Source of the DNA: Nannocystis bainbridge
Lineage (GTDB): Bacteria > Myxococcota_A > Polyangia > Nannocystales > Nannocystaceae
Length of the DNA: 64,000 nt
Reading direction: 5' to 3'
NCBI RefSeq assembly: GCF_028368995.1
Contig: NZ_JAQNDL010000003.1
Coordinates: forward strand, 416,001 to 480,000
Part shown: one piece after another, positions 54,399 to 64,000 of the stretch
Layout of the letters: each line of letters opens with the position of its first letter
Position numbering within the stretch: position 1 is the first letter of the stretch
The notes under the pieces: generated by a model
What the model was told of the DNA's origin: nothing
Seen by the model: the letters and a program-made list of their open reading frames with translations, nothing else
Database searches by the model: none
Program-made: the position numbers and the translations under genes

Positions 54399-55638
54399 AC
54401 TGCGCTCGCCGCCGGCGCCGCCCGGCCAGCAGCATCAGCGACGCCAGCCCTGCCAGCCCCGCGTCTCCGGCTCCGCTCGCGCAGCCGCAGCCGCGGTCGC
54501 CGAGCCCGTCGTCCTCCGCCCGCCCGGTGCCCTTCTGGCACGCGGGATCGGGCTCGAACGGCGCGTCGCTCTTCTCCTCCGGCGGCTTCGCCGCCCACTC
54601 GATCTCGAGCTCGTCGGACAGCGCCCCGAGCTGCGCCCGCAGCACCGCCCGTCGGCTCTCCGGCACCGTCGGCGGTGGCGCGCAGTTGTCCTCGATCGAG
54701 GTGTACTCCGGCGGCGCGGAGTCGTTGAAGCGCTCGAACGCCAGCTCGCCCTCGACCAGGCTCCACGTCACCGGCGCGCCGATCATCACCTTGCCCTCGC
54801 CGTCGCGCACGATCGCCCGCGCCCCGAACGGCGTGCCGGCGAAGGCCGCCACGATCTCGAGCGACGCCGCCTGCTCGACCGGCGTCGCCACCACCGTGGC
54901 CACCGGCAGCACCGCGCCCGCCACCTCGAGCGTGATCGTGCGCGTCTCCCCCGGGCCGACGCGCATCGGCCAGATCGTCTCGGTGTCCTCGATCGGCGTC
55001 AGCGCCTGCCCAGGTCCGCCGTCCGTCGCCGCCAGCACCCGCCCCTGCGCCAGGTCCCAGGCGACCCGCTCGCCCGCCCCGTCGATCACGTTGATGGGGA
55101 AGCCGACCGTCACGCCCGGCACCAGCCGCAGCGGCTCGTCCGCGGCCGGGATCCGGTCGGCCGGTCGCGACGAAAGCCGCTCGGCGAAGCGCTCCGCCTT
55201 CAGCTCCATGTGCCACTCGAGCCGCGCTCGCAACCCGTCGACGGGGACCACCTCGACGCGGAAGCGGTCGGGCAGGACCTCCCATTCTTCCTCGAGACAG
55301 ACCGCGCTCGGCGTGTAATCGACCTGCACCCCGCTCGGCCCGTCGAGGATCACGCAGCCGCCGTCTTTGAACGGCACCCCCGCGATCGCCATGTCGTAAC
55401 ACTCCTCGGCACCGTGGACCGTTACGCTGCCCGCATCGAACTCCGCGAGGTCGAAGCACACGGTCGAGCCCTGCAGGGCGCGCAGCCCCGATGGCTGCTG
55501 GATCTCCGAATAGAACAGCGGCGACAGCGACACGCGGAGACGCCCCTCCTCGCTGTTGGGCTCCGTGCAGCCGCTCGCGGCCAGACAGACGCTCAGGACC
55601 AGGCACCCGGGGACGACGTGGACAATCCAATGAGACAT
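54397..55638 (-). CDS. MYXO-CTERM sorted surface protein
   Basis: N-terminal signal with ASGC; C-terminal RGCGCASG...LASLMLLAGRRRRR. Confidence 0.8.
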   Translation of the reverse strand: MSHWIVHVVPGCLVLSVCLAASGCTEPNSEEGRLRVSLSPLFYSEIQQPSGLRALQGSTVCFDLAEFDAGSVTVHGAEECYDMAIAGVPFKDGGCVILDGPSGVQVDYTPSAVCLEEEWEVLPDRFRVEVVPVDGLRARLEWHMELKAERFAERLSSRPADRIPAADEPLRLVPGVTVGFPINVIDGAGERVAWDLAQGRVLAATDGGPGQALTPIEDTETIWPMRVGPGETRTITLEVAGAVLPVATVVATPVEQAASLEIVAAFAGTPFGARAIVRDGEGKVMIGAPVTWSLVEGELAFERFNDSAPPEYTSIEDNCAPPPTVPESRRAVLRAQLGALSDELEIEWAAKPPEEKSDAPFEPDPACQKGTGRAEDDGLGDRGCGCASGAGDAGLAGLASLMLLAGRRRRRAQ

Positions 55639-55966
55639 AGGCCCTCAGGATCTGCGCCGCTCGGGGCGAAGTCAACTCTCGGCTGCCCGACCTCGCTACC
55701 TGGAAACAGCGCCGCCGACCCACCCCCGACCGCGAAGCCGACATCCTGTCCTTCGCGCCATGTCACCGCATCGACCTCGGGACCCGTCCGACCTCGAAGC
55801 ATTGCAACTTCGCAAAGCCACCAGGACGGCCCCCGACCCCGCGGCCTCGATCGACCCCTCCGGGCGACGGGCGATCGGACGTGCACACCGGTCGCGGAGC
55901 CCCTGGAACGACACCGACGCCTCGCCGGGGTCGCCAAGTCCCCGCCTCTCCACGCGGCTCGTTCGT

Positions 55967-56044
55967 TCACTGTCTCTCGAGACATGTCTTTCATGACATG
56001 TCCATGAATACATGTCCGATTCGACATGTCTCACTCGACATGTC
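55967..56044. repeat. Most regular 14-bp-phased array (5 full cores plus a half)
   Basis: tgtc-tctcga-gacatgtc-tttcat-gacatgtc-catgaa-tacatgtc-cgattc-gacatgtc-tcactc-gacatgtc. Confidence 0.92.
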
Positions 56045-56057
56045 CATGACATCCATC

Positions 56058-56666
56058 TCACCCGCGCAGCAGCCCCAGCCCCGGCACGAAGCGACCCACC
56101 CGCCCCGCGTAGCTGCGGTACTTGCCGCCGTGCACGCGCAACAGATACGGCTCTTCGACCCAGCGCACCTGCAGCTCGACCGCGAGCAGCAGGCAGGCGA
56201 ACGACGCCAGCGCCACCGCGTTCGGCAGCACCACCACCAGCGCCGCCGCCGTGAACAGCATGCACGAGAAGATCGGGTTTCGTACCAGCGCGAACGGCCC
56301 CGCCGTCACCAGCTCGGTCCGCTCCTCGCCGCGCACCCCGATCCGCCACGAGCGGCCCATCGCCGTCTGGGCCGCGTAGGTCGCCGCGATCCCGACCAGC
56401 ACCGCCCCCCCGCCGAGGATGAACTGCCCCGGCCCGACCTCGGGCGACGCCACCCACCCGAGCAGCCCGGCGATCGGCGCCACCAGGCTGAGCACCACCC
56501 CCAGCACGAACAGCGCCCCGCCCCACCACTCCACAGAACCTGGCCTTCCGGACAGCCCATGAAACCCCGTCGACCCGGTCTGGCGCAGGTGCTGGTACGT
56601 GCGCAGGCCGAACGCGACGGCGTAAAAGCCGAGGATCATGAGCAGGGCGACGACTTCGAGACGCAT
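56058..56666 (-). CDS. Isoprenylcysteine carboxyl methyltransferase (ICMT/STE14) family membrane protein
   Basis: AQTAMGRSWRIG...ELVTAGPFALVRNPIF...EEPYL...Y..Y...VGRFVP. Confidence 0.88.
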   Translation of the reverse strand: MRLEVVALLMILGFYAVAFGLRTYQHLRQTGSTGFHGLSGRPGSVEWWGGALFVLGVVLSLVAPIAGLLGWVASPEVGPGQFILGGGAVLVGIAATYAAQTAMGRSWRIGVRGEERTELVTAGPFALVRNPIFSCMLFTAAALVVVLPNAVALASFACLLLAVELQVRWVEEPYLLRVHGGKYRSYAGRVGRFVPGLGLLRG

Positions 56667-56684
56667 ACGAATTCCTCGCCCGCC

Positions 56685-56715
56685 AATGTGAACCCTGCAG
56701 CCGCTACAGGGTCAA
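56685..56715 (-). promoter_or_regulatory. MerR-type promoter/operator for the ICMT-family gene
   Basis: Minus strand TTGACC-CTGTAGCGGCTGCAGGGTT (19 bp)-CACATT with dyad ACCCTG(T/C)AG. Confidence 0.8.
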
Positions 56716-56725
56716 GCGAAGAACG

Positions 56726-59700
56726 TCACGCCGCCGGCGCGCGCGGCCCGAAGCGGGCGTACACCGCCGGCAGCACCAGCAGGGTCAGCAGCGTCGCCGA
56801 CACCAGCCCCCCGATCACCACCGTCGCCAGCGGCCGCTGGACCTCGCTGCCCGGCGCGCTCGACAGCGCCATCGGCACGAAGCCTAGCGCCGCCACCAGC
56901 GCCGTCGTCAGCACCGGGCGCAGCCGCAGCTCGGCCGCCTGCGCGATCGCCCCGACGTGGTCGGCCCCGTCCGCTTGCAGGCGCTGGGCGAAGGTCACCA
57001 GCACCAGGCCGTTGAGGACCGCGACGCCGAACAGGGCGATGAAGCCGACCCCGGCGGAGATCGAGAACGGCAGGTCGCGCAGCCACAGCGCCACCACCCC
57101 GCCGACCACCGCGAACGGCACCCCGAGGAAGATGATCACCGCCGCGCGCATCGACCCCAGCGCGGTCCACAGCATGAACACGATCAGCGCCAGGGCCAGC
57201 GGCACCACCACCACCAGGCGGTCGCGCGCCGCCAGGTAGTGCTCGAACGTCCCGCCGTACTCCACGCGATAGCCGACCGGCAGCGTCACCCCGGCGGCGA
57301 TCGCCGCCTGCGCGTCCTCCACCGTCGAGCCGAGGTCGCGCCCGCGGACGTTGAACTCCACGATCACCCGCCGCGACTGCTTGTCGCGGTTGACCAGCAC
57401 CGGCCCCGTCGTGTGCTGCAGCGTCGCCACGTCGCCCAGCGGCACGATCTGCCCCGTGTTCGCGCGCAGCGGGATCGCCGACAGCGAGTCGAGGTCGCCG
57501 GTGATCGGTTGGTCGAACTTCACCATCATGTCGAACCGGCGCTCGCCCTCGAGCACCTCGCCGACCTTGTGTCCGACCGCGATCGCCTCGGTCGTGATGT
57601 TGATGTCGGCGATCGTCAGCCCGTAGCGGGCCAGCTTGGTCCGGTCCGGATCGATGCGCAGGTACTGCAGCCCTTGCAGCTGCTCGACGCGGGCGTCGAC
57701 CACCCCGCGCACCCCCTTCACCCGGTCCAGCACCGCCTGCCCGATCGTGCGCAGCGCCTCGAGGTCCGGCCCGTAGATCACCACCCCGACGTCCGAGCGG
57801 ATGCCCGCCACCAACTCGTTGGTGCGCATCTGGATCGGCTGCGAGATCGCCCCTGCCACCTCCGGCACCGCCTGCTCGACCCGCTCCGACATCTCCTCGG
57901 CGATGTCGTCCTTCGTCAGCCCTGGCCGCCACGCGTCGCGGTCCTTCAGCTGCACGTACACGTCCGACTGCTCGACCCCCATCGGGTCCGTCGCGATCTC
58001 CGGCGAACCTGTCCGCGAGACCACATGCACGATCTCCGGGATCTCCCGCATCGCCCGCTCGATGCGCTCGCTCGTCGCCACCGACGCCGACAGCGCCGTC
58101 CCCGGCATCCGCCGCGCCTCGATCAGCAGATCGCCCTCGTCGAGCTGCGGCACGAACTGCGCGCCCAGGCGGCCGAACAGCGCCACCCCGCCGGCCAGCG
58201 CAAGAACCCCCACCATCATCGTCGCCCACCGCCAGCGCAGCGCCGCCCGCAGCACCGGCGTGTAGAGCTTGTGGACCGCGCGCAGCAGCAACGTCTCGCG
58301 CGCCTCCGCGTGCGGCTGCACCAGGTAGCTCGTCAGCACCGGCACCAGCGTCAGCGAAAAGATGAACGCCCCCGCCAGCGCCAGCAGCACCGTGTACGCC
58401 ATCGGGTGGAACAGCTTGCCCTCCATCCCGGTGAGCGCGAGGATCGGCAGATAGACGATGGCGATGATGATCTCGCCGAACACCGCCGCCCCGCGGACCT
58501 CGAGCGTCGAGTCCTGGATCACCGCGATGCGCTGCTCGGTCGTCAGCGCCGCCCCGGCCTGCCGCCTTGCCTCGCCGAGCCGGCGGGCCGCGTTCTCGAC
58601 CACGATCACCGCCCCGTCGACGATCAGCCCGAAATCGATCGCCCCCAGGCTCATCAGGTTGCCTGACAGCCCGGCCGCGTTCATCACGATGATCGCGAAC
58701 AGCATCGCCAGCGGGATCGTCGTCGCCACCACCAGCCCCGCGCGCAGGTCGCCGAGCAGCAGCAGCAGCACCAGGATCACCAGCGCCGCGCCCTCCGCCA
58801 GGTTCGTGGCCACGGTGGTGATCGTGCGGTCGACCAGCAGCGTGCGGTCGTAGAACGGCTCGATGCGCACGCCCTCGGGCAGCGTCGGCGCCAGCGCCTC
58901 GAGCTTGTCCTTGATCCCCTGCGTGACCGTGCGCGAGTTCTCGCCCATCAGCATCAGCGCCACGCCGACCACCACCTCGCCCTCGCCGTCCTTCGTCGCC
59001 GCCCCGCGGCGCAGCTTGGGCCCGAAGCGCACATCGCCGACCGAGCTCACCGTGATCGGCACGCCTTGCGGCGTCGCCCCCAGCACCACCCGCTCGAGGT
59101 CCTCGCGGCTGCGGACCAGCCCGTTCGAGCCGATCACCACCTGCTCCTGGTTGCGCTCGACGTAGCCGCCGCCGGCGTTGGCGTTCGACTGCTCCAGCGC
59201 CGCCGCCACCTCGCCGATCGACAGCCTCAGCGCCTGCAACCGCTCTGGCCGCAGCACGATCTGGTACTCGCGGTTCTCGCCGCCGAAGCTGTTGGTCTCG
59301 ACCACCCCCGGCACCATGCGCAGCTGCGGCCCGACGTACCAGTCGAGCAGCTCCTCGAGCTCCATCAGCGAGTGCTCCTCGCTGCGCAGCGTGAACTGAT
59401 AGATCTCGCCGAGCCCGGTCGAGATCGGCCCCATCTCTGGCCTCCCGTAGGCCGCCGGCACCGCCTCGGTCGCCTCGCGCATGCGCTCGTTGATCAGCTG
59501 GCGCGCGAAGTAGATGTCGGTGCCGTCCTTGAACACCACCGTCACCACGCTGAGCCCGTACTTCGACACCGAGCGGACCTGCGTCATCTTCGGCAGGCCC
59601 GACATCGCCCGCTCGACCGGGATGCTGATGTACTGCTCGACCTCCACCGGTGACAGCGCCGGCGCGGCCGTGATCACCTGCACCTGCACGTTGGTGACAT

Positions 59701-59827
59701 CGGGCACCGCGTCGATCGGCAGCTCGAGCGCCGCGCGCACCCCGACCACCACGAACAGCAGCGTCGCCACCAGCACCAGCGCCCGGTTGCGCAGCGACCA
59801 CGCCACGATCACGGTCAGCGCGTGCAT
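56726..59827 (-). CDS. czcA: CzcA/CusA family heavy-metal RND efflux transporter
   Basis: LPIDAVPDVTNVQVQV, NLMSLGAIDFGLIVDGAVIVVEN, RLRPVLTTA, GSEVQRPLATVVIGG. Confidence 0.95.
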   Translation of the reverse strand: MHALTVIVAWSLRNRALVLVATLLFVVVGVRAALELPIDAVPDVTNVQVQVITAAPALSPVEVEQYISIPVERAMSGLPKMTQVRSVSKYGLSVVTVVFKDGTDIYFARQLINERMREATEAVPAAYGRPEMGPISTGLGEIYQFTLRSEEHSLMELEELLDWYVGPQLRMVPGVVETNSFGGENREYQIVLRPERLQALRLSIGEVAAALEQSNANAGGGYVERNQEQVVIGSNGLVRSREDLERVVLGATPQGVPITVSSVGDVRFGPKLRRGAATKDGEGEVVVGVALMLMGENSRTVTQGIKDKLEALAPTLPEGVRIEPFYDRTLLVDRTITTVATNLAEGAALVILVLLLLLGDLRAGLVVATTIPLAMLFAIIVMNAAGLSGNLMSLGAIDFGLIVDGAVIVVENAARRLGEARRQAGAALTTEQRIAVIQDSTLEVRGAAVFGEIIIAIVYLPILALTGMEGKLFHPMAYTVLLALAGAFIFSLTLVPVLTSYLVQPHAEARETLLLRAVHKLYTPVLRAALRWRWATMMVGVLALAGGVALFGRLGAQFVPQLDEGDLLIEARRMPGTALSASVATSERIERAMREIPEIVHVVSRTGSPEIATDPMGVEQSDVYVQLKDRDAWRPGLTKDDIAEEMSERVEQAVPEVAGAISQPIQMRTNELVAGIRSDVGVVIYGPDLEALRTIGQAVLDRVKGVRGVVDARVEQLQGLQYLRIDPDRTKLARYGLTIADINITTEAIAVGHKVGEVLEGERRFDMMVKFDQPITGDLDSLSAIPLRANTGQIVPLGDVATLQHTTGPVLVNRDKQSRRVIVEFNVRGRDLGSTVEDAQAAIAAGVTLPVGYRVEYGGTFEHYLAARDRLVVVVPLALALIVFMLWTALGSMRAAVIIFLGVPFAVVGGVVALWLRDLPFSISAGVGFIALFGVAVLNGLVLVTFAQRLQADGADHVGAIAQAAELRLRPVLTTALVAALGFVPMALSSAPGSEVQRPLATVVIGGLVSATLLTLLVLPAVYARFGPRAPAA

Positions 59828-59829
59828 GT

Positions 59830-61050
59830 CTAGTGCCCGTGGTCCTCGCCGAACGTGCCCTTCAGCAGCACGCTCTTGAGCGTCCACGCCCCGCGCGTCA
59901 CCACCGGCTCGCCCTCGCGCAGCCCCTGGAGGATCTCCACCACCCCCGGAGCCGCCGTCCCGAGCACCACCTCGTGCAGCTCGAACGCCCCGTCCTCGCC
60001 GCGCACGAACACCACCGTCTTGCCGGCGACCTCGATGATCGCGTCGCGCGGGACCGCCAGCACCGGCGTCGGTTCGGCCCGCGGATCGGTGACGGCGATC
60101 CGCGCCTTGCCGAACAGGCCCACGCGCAGGATGCCCTCGCGGTTGTCGATCGGGATGCGGGCCACCACCGTCTGCGCCTCGGCGTCGACCGTCGGCGCGA
60201 GGTACTCGATCTTCCCGTGGAAAGGGTGATCGGGGTACGCGTTGAGCTCGACCTCGACCGCCGCGCCGACGCGGATCTTCGCCAGCAGGTGCTCGAACAG
60301 GCGGGCCACGAACCACGCCCGCTCGAGGTCGACGATCGTCGCCAGCGTCTGCTCCGGCGTCACCGGCTGGCCCGGCACCACGTTGCGCTGCGTCACGAAC
60401 CCGGCGATCGGCGCCCGCAGCGAGAACACCGTCGCCTTGCCCTTCGCGCCCAAACCGAGCGCCTGCAGCCGCTGCTTGGCCGCCTGCGACTCGGCCTCGA
60501 GCGCGGCCGCCTCGGCGCGCGCCGCCGCCAGCTCCTGCTGCGACGCCATGCTGCGCTCGGCCAGCGCCTCGAGCCGCGTCAGGTTGGCCCGCGCCGACGT
60601 CGTCCGCGCCTGCAACGACGCCAGGTCGGCGCGCAGGCTGCCGAGGCTCGGCGCGCGCACCGTCGCCAGCACCTGCCCCGCCTTAACGACGTCGCCCTCG
60701 CGGAACAGCACCTCCTCGACGATCCCGCCGACCTTCGCCGGCACCTGGGCCGTGCGCCCCGGATCGGCCTCGACGTGCCCGGTCGCGAACAACACCGGCG
60801 CGACCACCTGCCGCTGCACCGGCTCGCTCTGGATCTGCGCCTCCGCGATCACCTGCTCCGACAGCGCCACCCGGCTCGGCAGCTCGTCGTGTCCGTGGCC
60901 TTCCTCTTCGTGCTCGCCGTGCTCCCCGCCCTCGCCGTGCGCGTGCTCGTCCTCGCCCTGCGCGTGCGGCTCCGCCTCGACCGCCCGCGCCCCGCAGCCG
61001 AGCAGCAGCAGCGCCGTCATCACCATCATCGATCGCACCCTCTGCATCAT
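59830..61050 (-). CDS. czcB: CzcB-like RND membrane fusion protein with His-rich N-terminus
   Basis: HAHGEGGEHGEHEEEGHGH; LRAPIAG; GLREGEPVVTRGA. Confidence 0.9.
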   Translation of the reverse strand: MMQRVRSMMVMTALLLLGCGARAVEAEPHAQGEDEHAHGEGGEHGEHEEEGHGHDELPSRVALSEQVIAEAQIQSEPVQRQVVAPVLFATGHVEADPGRTAQVPAKVGGIVEEVLFREGDVVKAGQVLATVRAPSLGSLRADLASLQARTTSARANLTRLEALAERSMASQQELAAARAEAAALEAESQAAKQRLQALGLGAKGKATVFSLRAPIAGFVTQRNVVPGQPVTPEQTLATIVDLERAWFVARLFEHLLAKIRVGAAVEVELNAYPDHPFHGKIEYLAPTVDAEAQTVVARIPIDNREGILRVGLFGKARIAVTDPRAEPTPVLAVPRDAIIEVAGKTVVFVRGEDGAFELHEVVLGTAAPGVVEILQGLREGEPVVTRGAWTLKSVLLKGTFGEDHGH

Positions 61051-62306
61051 GGCTGCACCCGCTCCGGCAACAGCCCCGTCACGCGCGCCAGCTCGACCGC
61101 GCCGAGGGCCAGCGCCCGCCGGGCTTCGAGGTGGGCCGCGAGGTACTCGAGCAGCGTCTGCTGCAGCACCACCGCGTCGCGGATCGAGACCCGCCCGACC
61201 GCCATCTCCTGCGCCAGCGCCTCGAGGTGGCCCTCCGCGCGCTGCAGGCGTTCGGCCTCGAACAACCCCAGCTCTGCCTTGCGGGCCTCGACCTCGCGCA
61301 GCGCCACCTCGACCTCCGCCTGCACCACTCTTCGCCAGCGCTCGACCTCTGCCTCGGCGCGGCGCGCCAGCGCCTTGCTCTCCGCGATCTCTCCCTTGTA
61401 CGTGCGTCCGAGCGGGGCCGGCAGCACGATCGGGAACGCGATCCCGCCGCCCATCACCTGCTCCGCGAACCCGTCGCGCTGCGCGTAGAGCACCACGCTC
61501 GGGTTCGGCGCTCGCAGCCGGCGGAACATCTCGACCTGGCGCACGAACACCTCGCGCTCCGCCTTGGCCAGCTCGATCTCCGCCCGCTTCGTCAGCGCCG
61601 CCGCGATCAGCTGCGACAGATCTTCGGGCACCGGCAGCGGCGTCAGATCGCCCTCGACCTCGAGGCTCGCGCCCTCCTGCCCGAGCAGCCCGGCCAGCAC
61701 CCCGCGCGCGGCCGCGATCCGGCGGTCCGCCTCGATCTGCTGCCGGCGCACCCGCACCGACGCCGCCACCACCACGTCCGTGTTGATGCCCGAGCCGAGC
61801 CCGGTGCGCTCGCTCGTGCGGGCCAGCTCGACCAGCGTCTCCGACGTTTTGGCGATGCGCCCGATCATCGCCTTCTGCTCGCGCGCCGCGATCCACTCGT
61901 ACCAGGCCGTCAGCGCCGCCGCCGCGACATCGCGCCGACTCAGCTCGATCTGCCGCTCCGCCTGCGACACCTCCGCGTCGGCCATCGCCATCCGCTTGCG
62001 CCGCTGGCCCGCGATCTCGAGCTCCTGCGACACTCGCCCGAACACATTGATGTCGCGGTCACCGGTCCACAGCCCGACGCGGCGGGCCGCCGTCACCTCG
62101 ACCTGCGGGTTGCTCGGCAGCAGCGTGCGCGCTCCCAGCTTGCGGCCCTGCGCCGCCTCGCGGCCGGCCTCGGCGGCGCGGATGCTCGGGTGCCCGGCCA
62201 GCGCGCAGGCGACCACCGCCGCGCGCCCGAGCGGCCCCTGACAGCTCGCCGGAGGCGGCGGCGCGGCCAGCAGGGCGGCGGTGAACAGCGCGGGGAGCAG
62301 CGGCAT
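61047..62306 (-). CDS. czcC: CzcC/TolC family outer-membrane efflux protein
   Basis: Signal peptide; HPSIRAA, SQELEIAGQRRKR, helical TolC repeats; first gene of CBA operon. Confidence 0.85.
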   Translation of the reverse strand: MPLLPALFTAALLAAPPPPASCQGPLGRAAVVACALAGHPSIRAAEAGREAAQGRKLGARTLLPSNPQVEVTAARRVGLWTGDRDINVFGRVSQELEIAGQRRKRMAMADAEVSQAERQIELSRRDVAAAALTAWYEWIAAREQKAMIGRIAKTSETLVELARTSERTGLGSGINTDVVVAASVRVRRQQIEADRRIAAARGVLAGLLGQEGASLEVEGDLTPLPVPEDLSQLIAAALTKRAEIELAKAEREVFVRQVEMFRRLRAPNPSVVLYAQRDGFAEQVMGGGIAFPIVLPAPLGRTYKGEIAESKALARRAEAEVERWRRVVQAEVEVALREVEARKAELGLFEAERLQRAEGHLEALAQEMAVGRVSIRDAVVLQQTLLEYLAAHLEARRALALGAVELARVTGLLPERVQP

Positions 62307-62361
62307 TCGGGCCTCGTGAAGCGACGATCCGCGCGCAGACCGTGCAGGCGGGTCGGCGTCG

Positions 62362-62392
62362 AGGCTAGACCTTGTAGCGACTACAGGGTCAA
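62362..62392 (-). promoter_or_regulatory. MerR-type promoter/operator for czcCBA
   Basis: Minus strand TTGACC-CTGTAGTCGCTACAAGGTC (19 bp)-TAGCCT; dyad GACC(C/T)TGTAG-N3-CTACA(A/G)GGTC. Confidence 0.9.
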
Positions 62393-62477
62393 GCGAACCG
62401 GGCTGCCGGGCACGTGCGAGGTGACGCACGTTTCATCGCGTCGTGACAGGCGAGCGGCCGCGGAGCAAGCTCGGGTT

Positions 62478-62993
62478 GTGATCCGAGACGACGAGCAGAT
62501 GACCATCGGTGCGCTCGGCCAAGCCACCGGCGTCGGCGCCGAGACCATCCGCTACTACGAGCGCATCGAGCTGCTGCCGCAGCCGGCCCGCACCTCCGGG
62601 GGTTACCGCGTCTACCGGCCCGAGCACGTCCGCCGCCTCAACTTCATCCGCCGCAGCCGCGAGCTCGGGCTCAGCATCGACGCCGTGCGCGAGCTGCTGT
62701 CGCTCGCCAGCGACCGCCTGCGCCCGTGCGCCCGCGTCGACCGCCTGGTCCGCGACCACATCCACGACCTCGACCACAAGATCGAGGGCCTCCAAAAATT
62801 GCGCAGCGCCCTGCAACGCCTGGCCGACTCGTGCCGCGGGGGCGGGCGCGTATCCGAGTGCCGGATCCTCGAAGCCCTGCAGGAGGCCGAGGAGGCCCTC
62901 GCCGGCCCTGACGTCGAGTGCGCCGAAGAAGACTGCGCGGGCCGACGCGCCAGCGACAAACAGCCCAAACCCCGCCGCGAGCGCCGCGCCTGA
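62478..62993 (+). CDS. MerR family metal-responsive regulator (CadR/PbrR/ZntR-like)
   Basis: MTIGALG...ETIRYYERIELL...RTSGGYRVY...LNFIRRSRELG; Cys in RPCA and SCRGGGRVSECRIL. Confidence 0.93.
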   Translation: MIRDDEQMTIGALGQATGVGAETIRYYERIELLPQPARTSGGYRVYRPEHVRRLNFIRRSRELGLSIDAVRELLSLASDRLRPCARVDRLVRDHIHDLDHKIEGLQKLRSALQRLADSCRGGGRVSECRILEALQEAEEALAGPDVECAEEDCAGRRASDKQPKPRRERRA

Positions 62994-63095
62994 GAAGTTC
63001 TTCCTCGGTATCGTTCGAGCTGCGTTCCGCCTCGCCCGCGTGCTCCGCGGCCGCCTGGCGCCTCCATCCGCGCCGACCTCCTGCACCCGCTTCCT

Positions 63096-63190
63096 CGCTC
63101 CTCACCCCGGGCCGTTCGGCGTCCTCCTGCGCACAGCCTGCGCTCGCTCCCCCGCTCCTCACCCGGGCCGTTCGCCGTCCTCCTGCGCAC
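63096..63190 (+). repeat. About 38-bp direct repeat in a pyrimidine-rich intergenic tract
   Basis: cgctcctcacc(c)cgggccgttcg(g/c)cgtcctcctgcgcac at 63096 and 63153. Confidence 0.7.
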
Positions 63191-63583
63191 CTCCGCCGTC
63201 CGCGCCCGCTTCGTCGATCTTCACCCTCGTGCCCTTCGCCTTTCGTCGCCCTGCTCTCACCCACGTGCCGCTCGCCTGCGTCGGTGGCATCCTCGCCTGA
63301 CCTTGCGCGGCCTCTCCCTCTCGCTGCCCGCCGCGATCGGCTTCATCGCCCGCCGCGGGACCCCCGTGGTCCGCGGCCTGCCATCACCCTTCGACCGGCA
63401 GCTCGCGCAGCGCCGAAGCCCGCCTCGCGCTGACGGCTCGCGCCTGCGCCCGCTGCTCGCCTCGATCGCCGCTCTCGGCTCGGTGCCGGGCGAGCTCGCC
63501 TCCCGCACCGGCACCCAGCCCCCGCGATCACTCGCCATCCCCGCCTCCTCGGCTCTGCGGTCGCCCTTCGGTCGGAGGCGCGC

Positions 63584-64000
63584 ATGAGGATCCTCGTGGT
63601 CGAGGACGACGAGCGGCTGCTGCAGCTGCTCCAGCGCGGCCTCGGCGAGGAGGGCCACCTCGTCGACGCATGCACCACCAGCGCCGACGCTCTCGGCCAG
63701 GCGCAGACCATCGCCTACGACGTCGTCCTGCTCGACTGGATGCTGCCCGACGGCGACGGCCTCTCGCTCTTGCGCGCCTGGCGGGCCCGCGGCGTCGACA
63801 CCCCCGTCCTCATGTTGACCGCCCGCGGCAGCGTCGGCGAGCGCGTGCTCGGCCTGCGCACCGGCGCCGACGACTACCTCGTCAAGCCGTTCGACTTCAG
63901 CGAGCTGTTGGCTCGCATCGAGGTGCTCGCGCGTCGGCGCGGCGGCGACGTCGTCCACCTCCGCGCCGGCGACGTCGGCCTCGACACCCGCCAGCGCGCC
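63584..64000 (+). CDS. OmpR-family response regulator (3' truncated by window)
   Basis: MRILVVEDD...LLDWMLPDGDG...PVLMLTA...GADDYLVKPF; GGAGG RBS. Confidence 0.93.
   Translation, partial: MRILVVEDDERLLQLLQRGLGEEGHLVDACTTSADALGQAQTIAYDVVLLDWMLPDGDGLSLLRAWRARGVDTPVLMLTARGSVGERVLGLRTGADDYLVKPFDFSELLARIEVLARRRGGDVVHLRAGDVGLDTRQRA

Noticed and set aside
55967-56044. CRISPR array
   Set aside because: Repeat of 8 bp and spacers of 6 bp are far below CRISPR sizes; no cas genes or leader in the window

Overview
High-GC (myxobacterial, Nannocystis-like by gene content) chromosomal window. It holds housekeeping genes (selB C-terminus, selA, comEC, def, sua5/tsaC, ahpC/ahpD, dnaE, ndk, rlmN, thyX), four Ser/Thr kinases, several Cys-rich, FG-GAP and MYXO-CTERM surface proteins, an accessory block at about 29.8-37.8 kb with a tandem gene duplication, and a MerR-regulated CzcCBA-type efflux locus. 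The strongest unexplained signal is a dispersed DNA motif. A 14-bp palindromic module TGTC-N6-GACA (variant TGYC-N6-GRCA) occurs singly or head-to-tail, producing GACATGTC cores spaced 14 bp apart with a variable 6-bp spacer. I found it by eye at more than 25 loci. It is concentrated at gene 3' ends and convergent junctions, is also written into coding sequences in different frames, and was not seen in the accessory block, which it brackets. All calls are by eye; no database searches were run.
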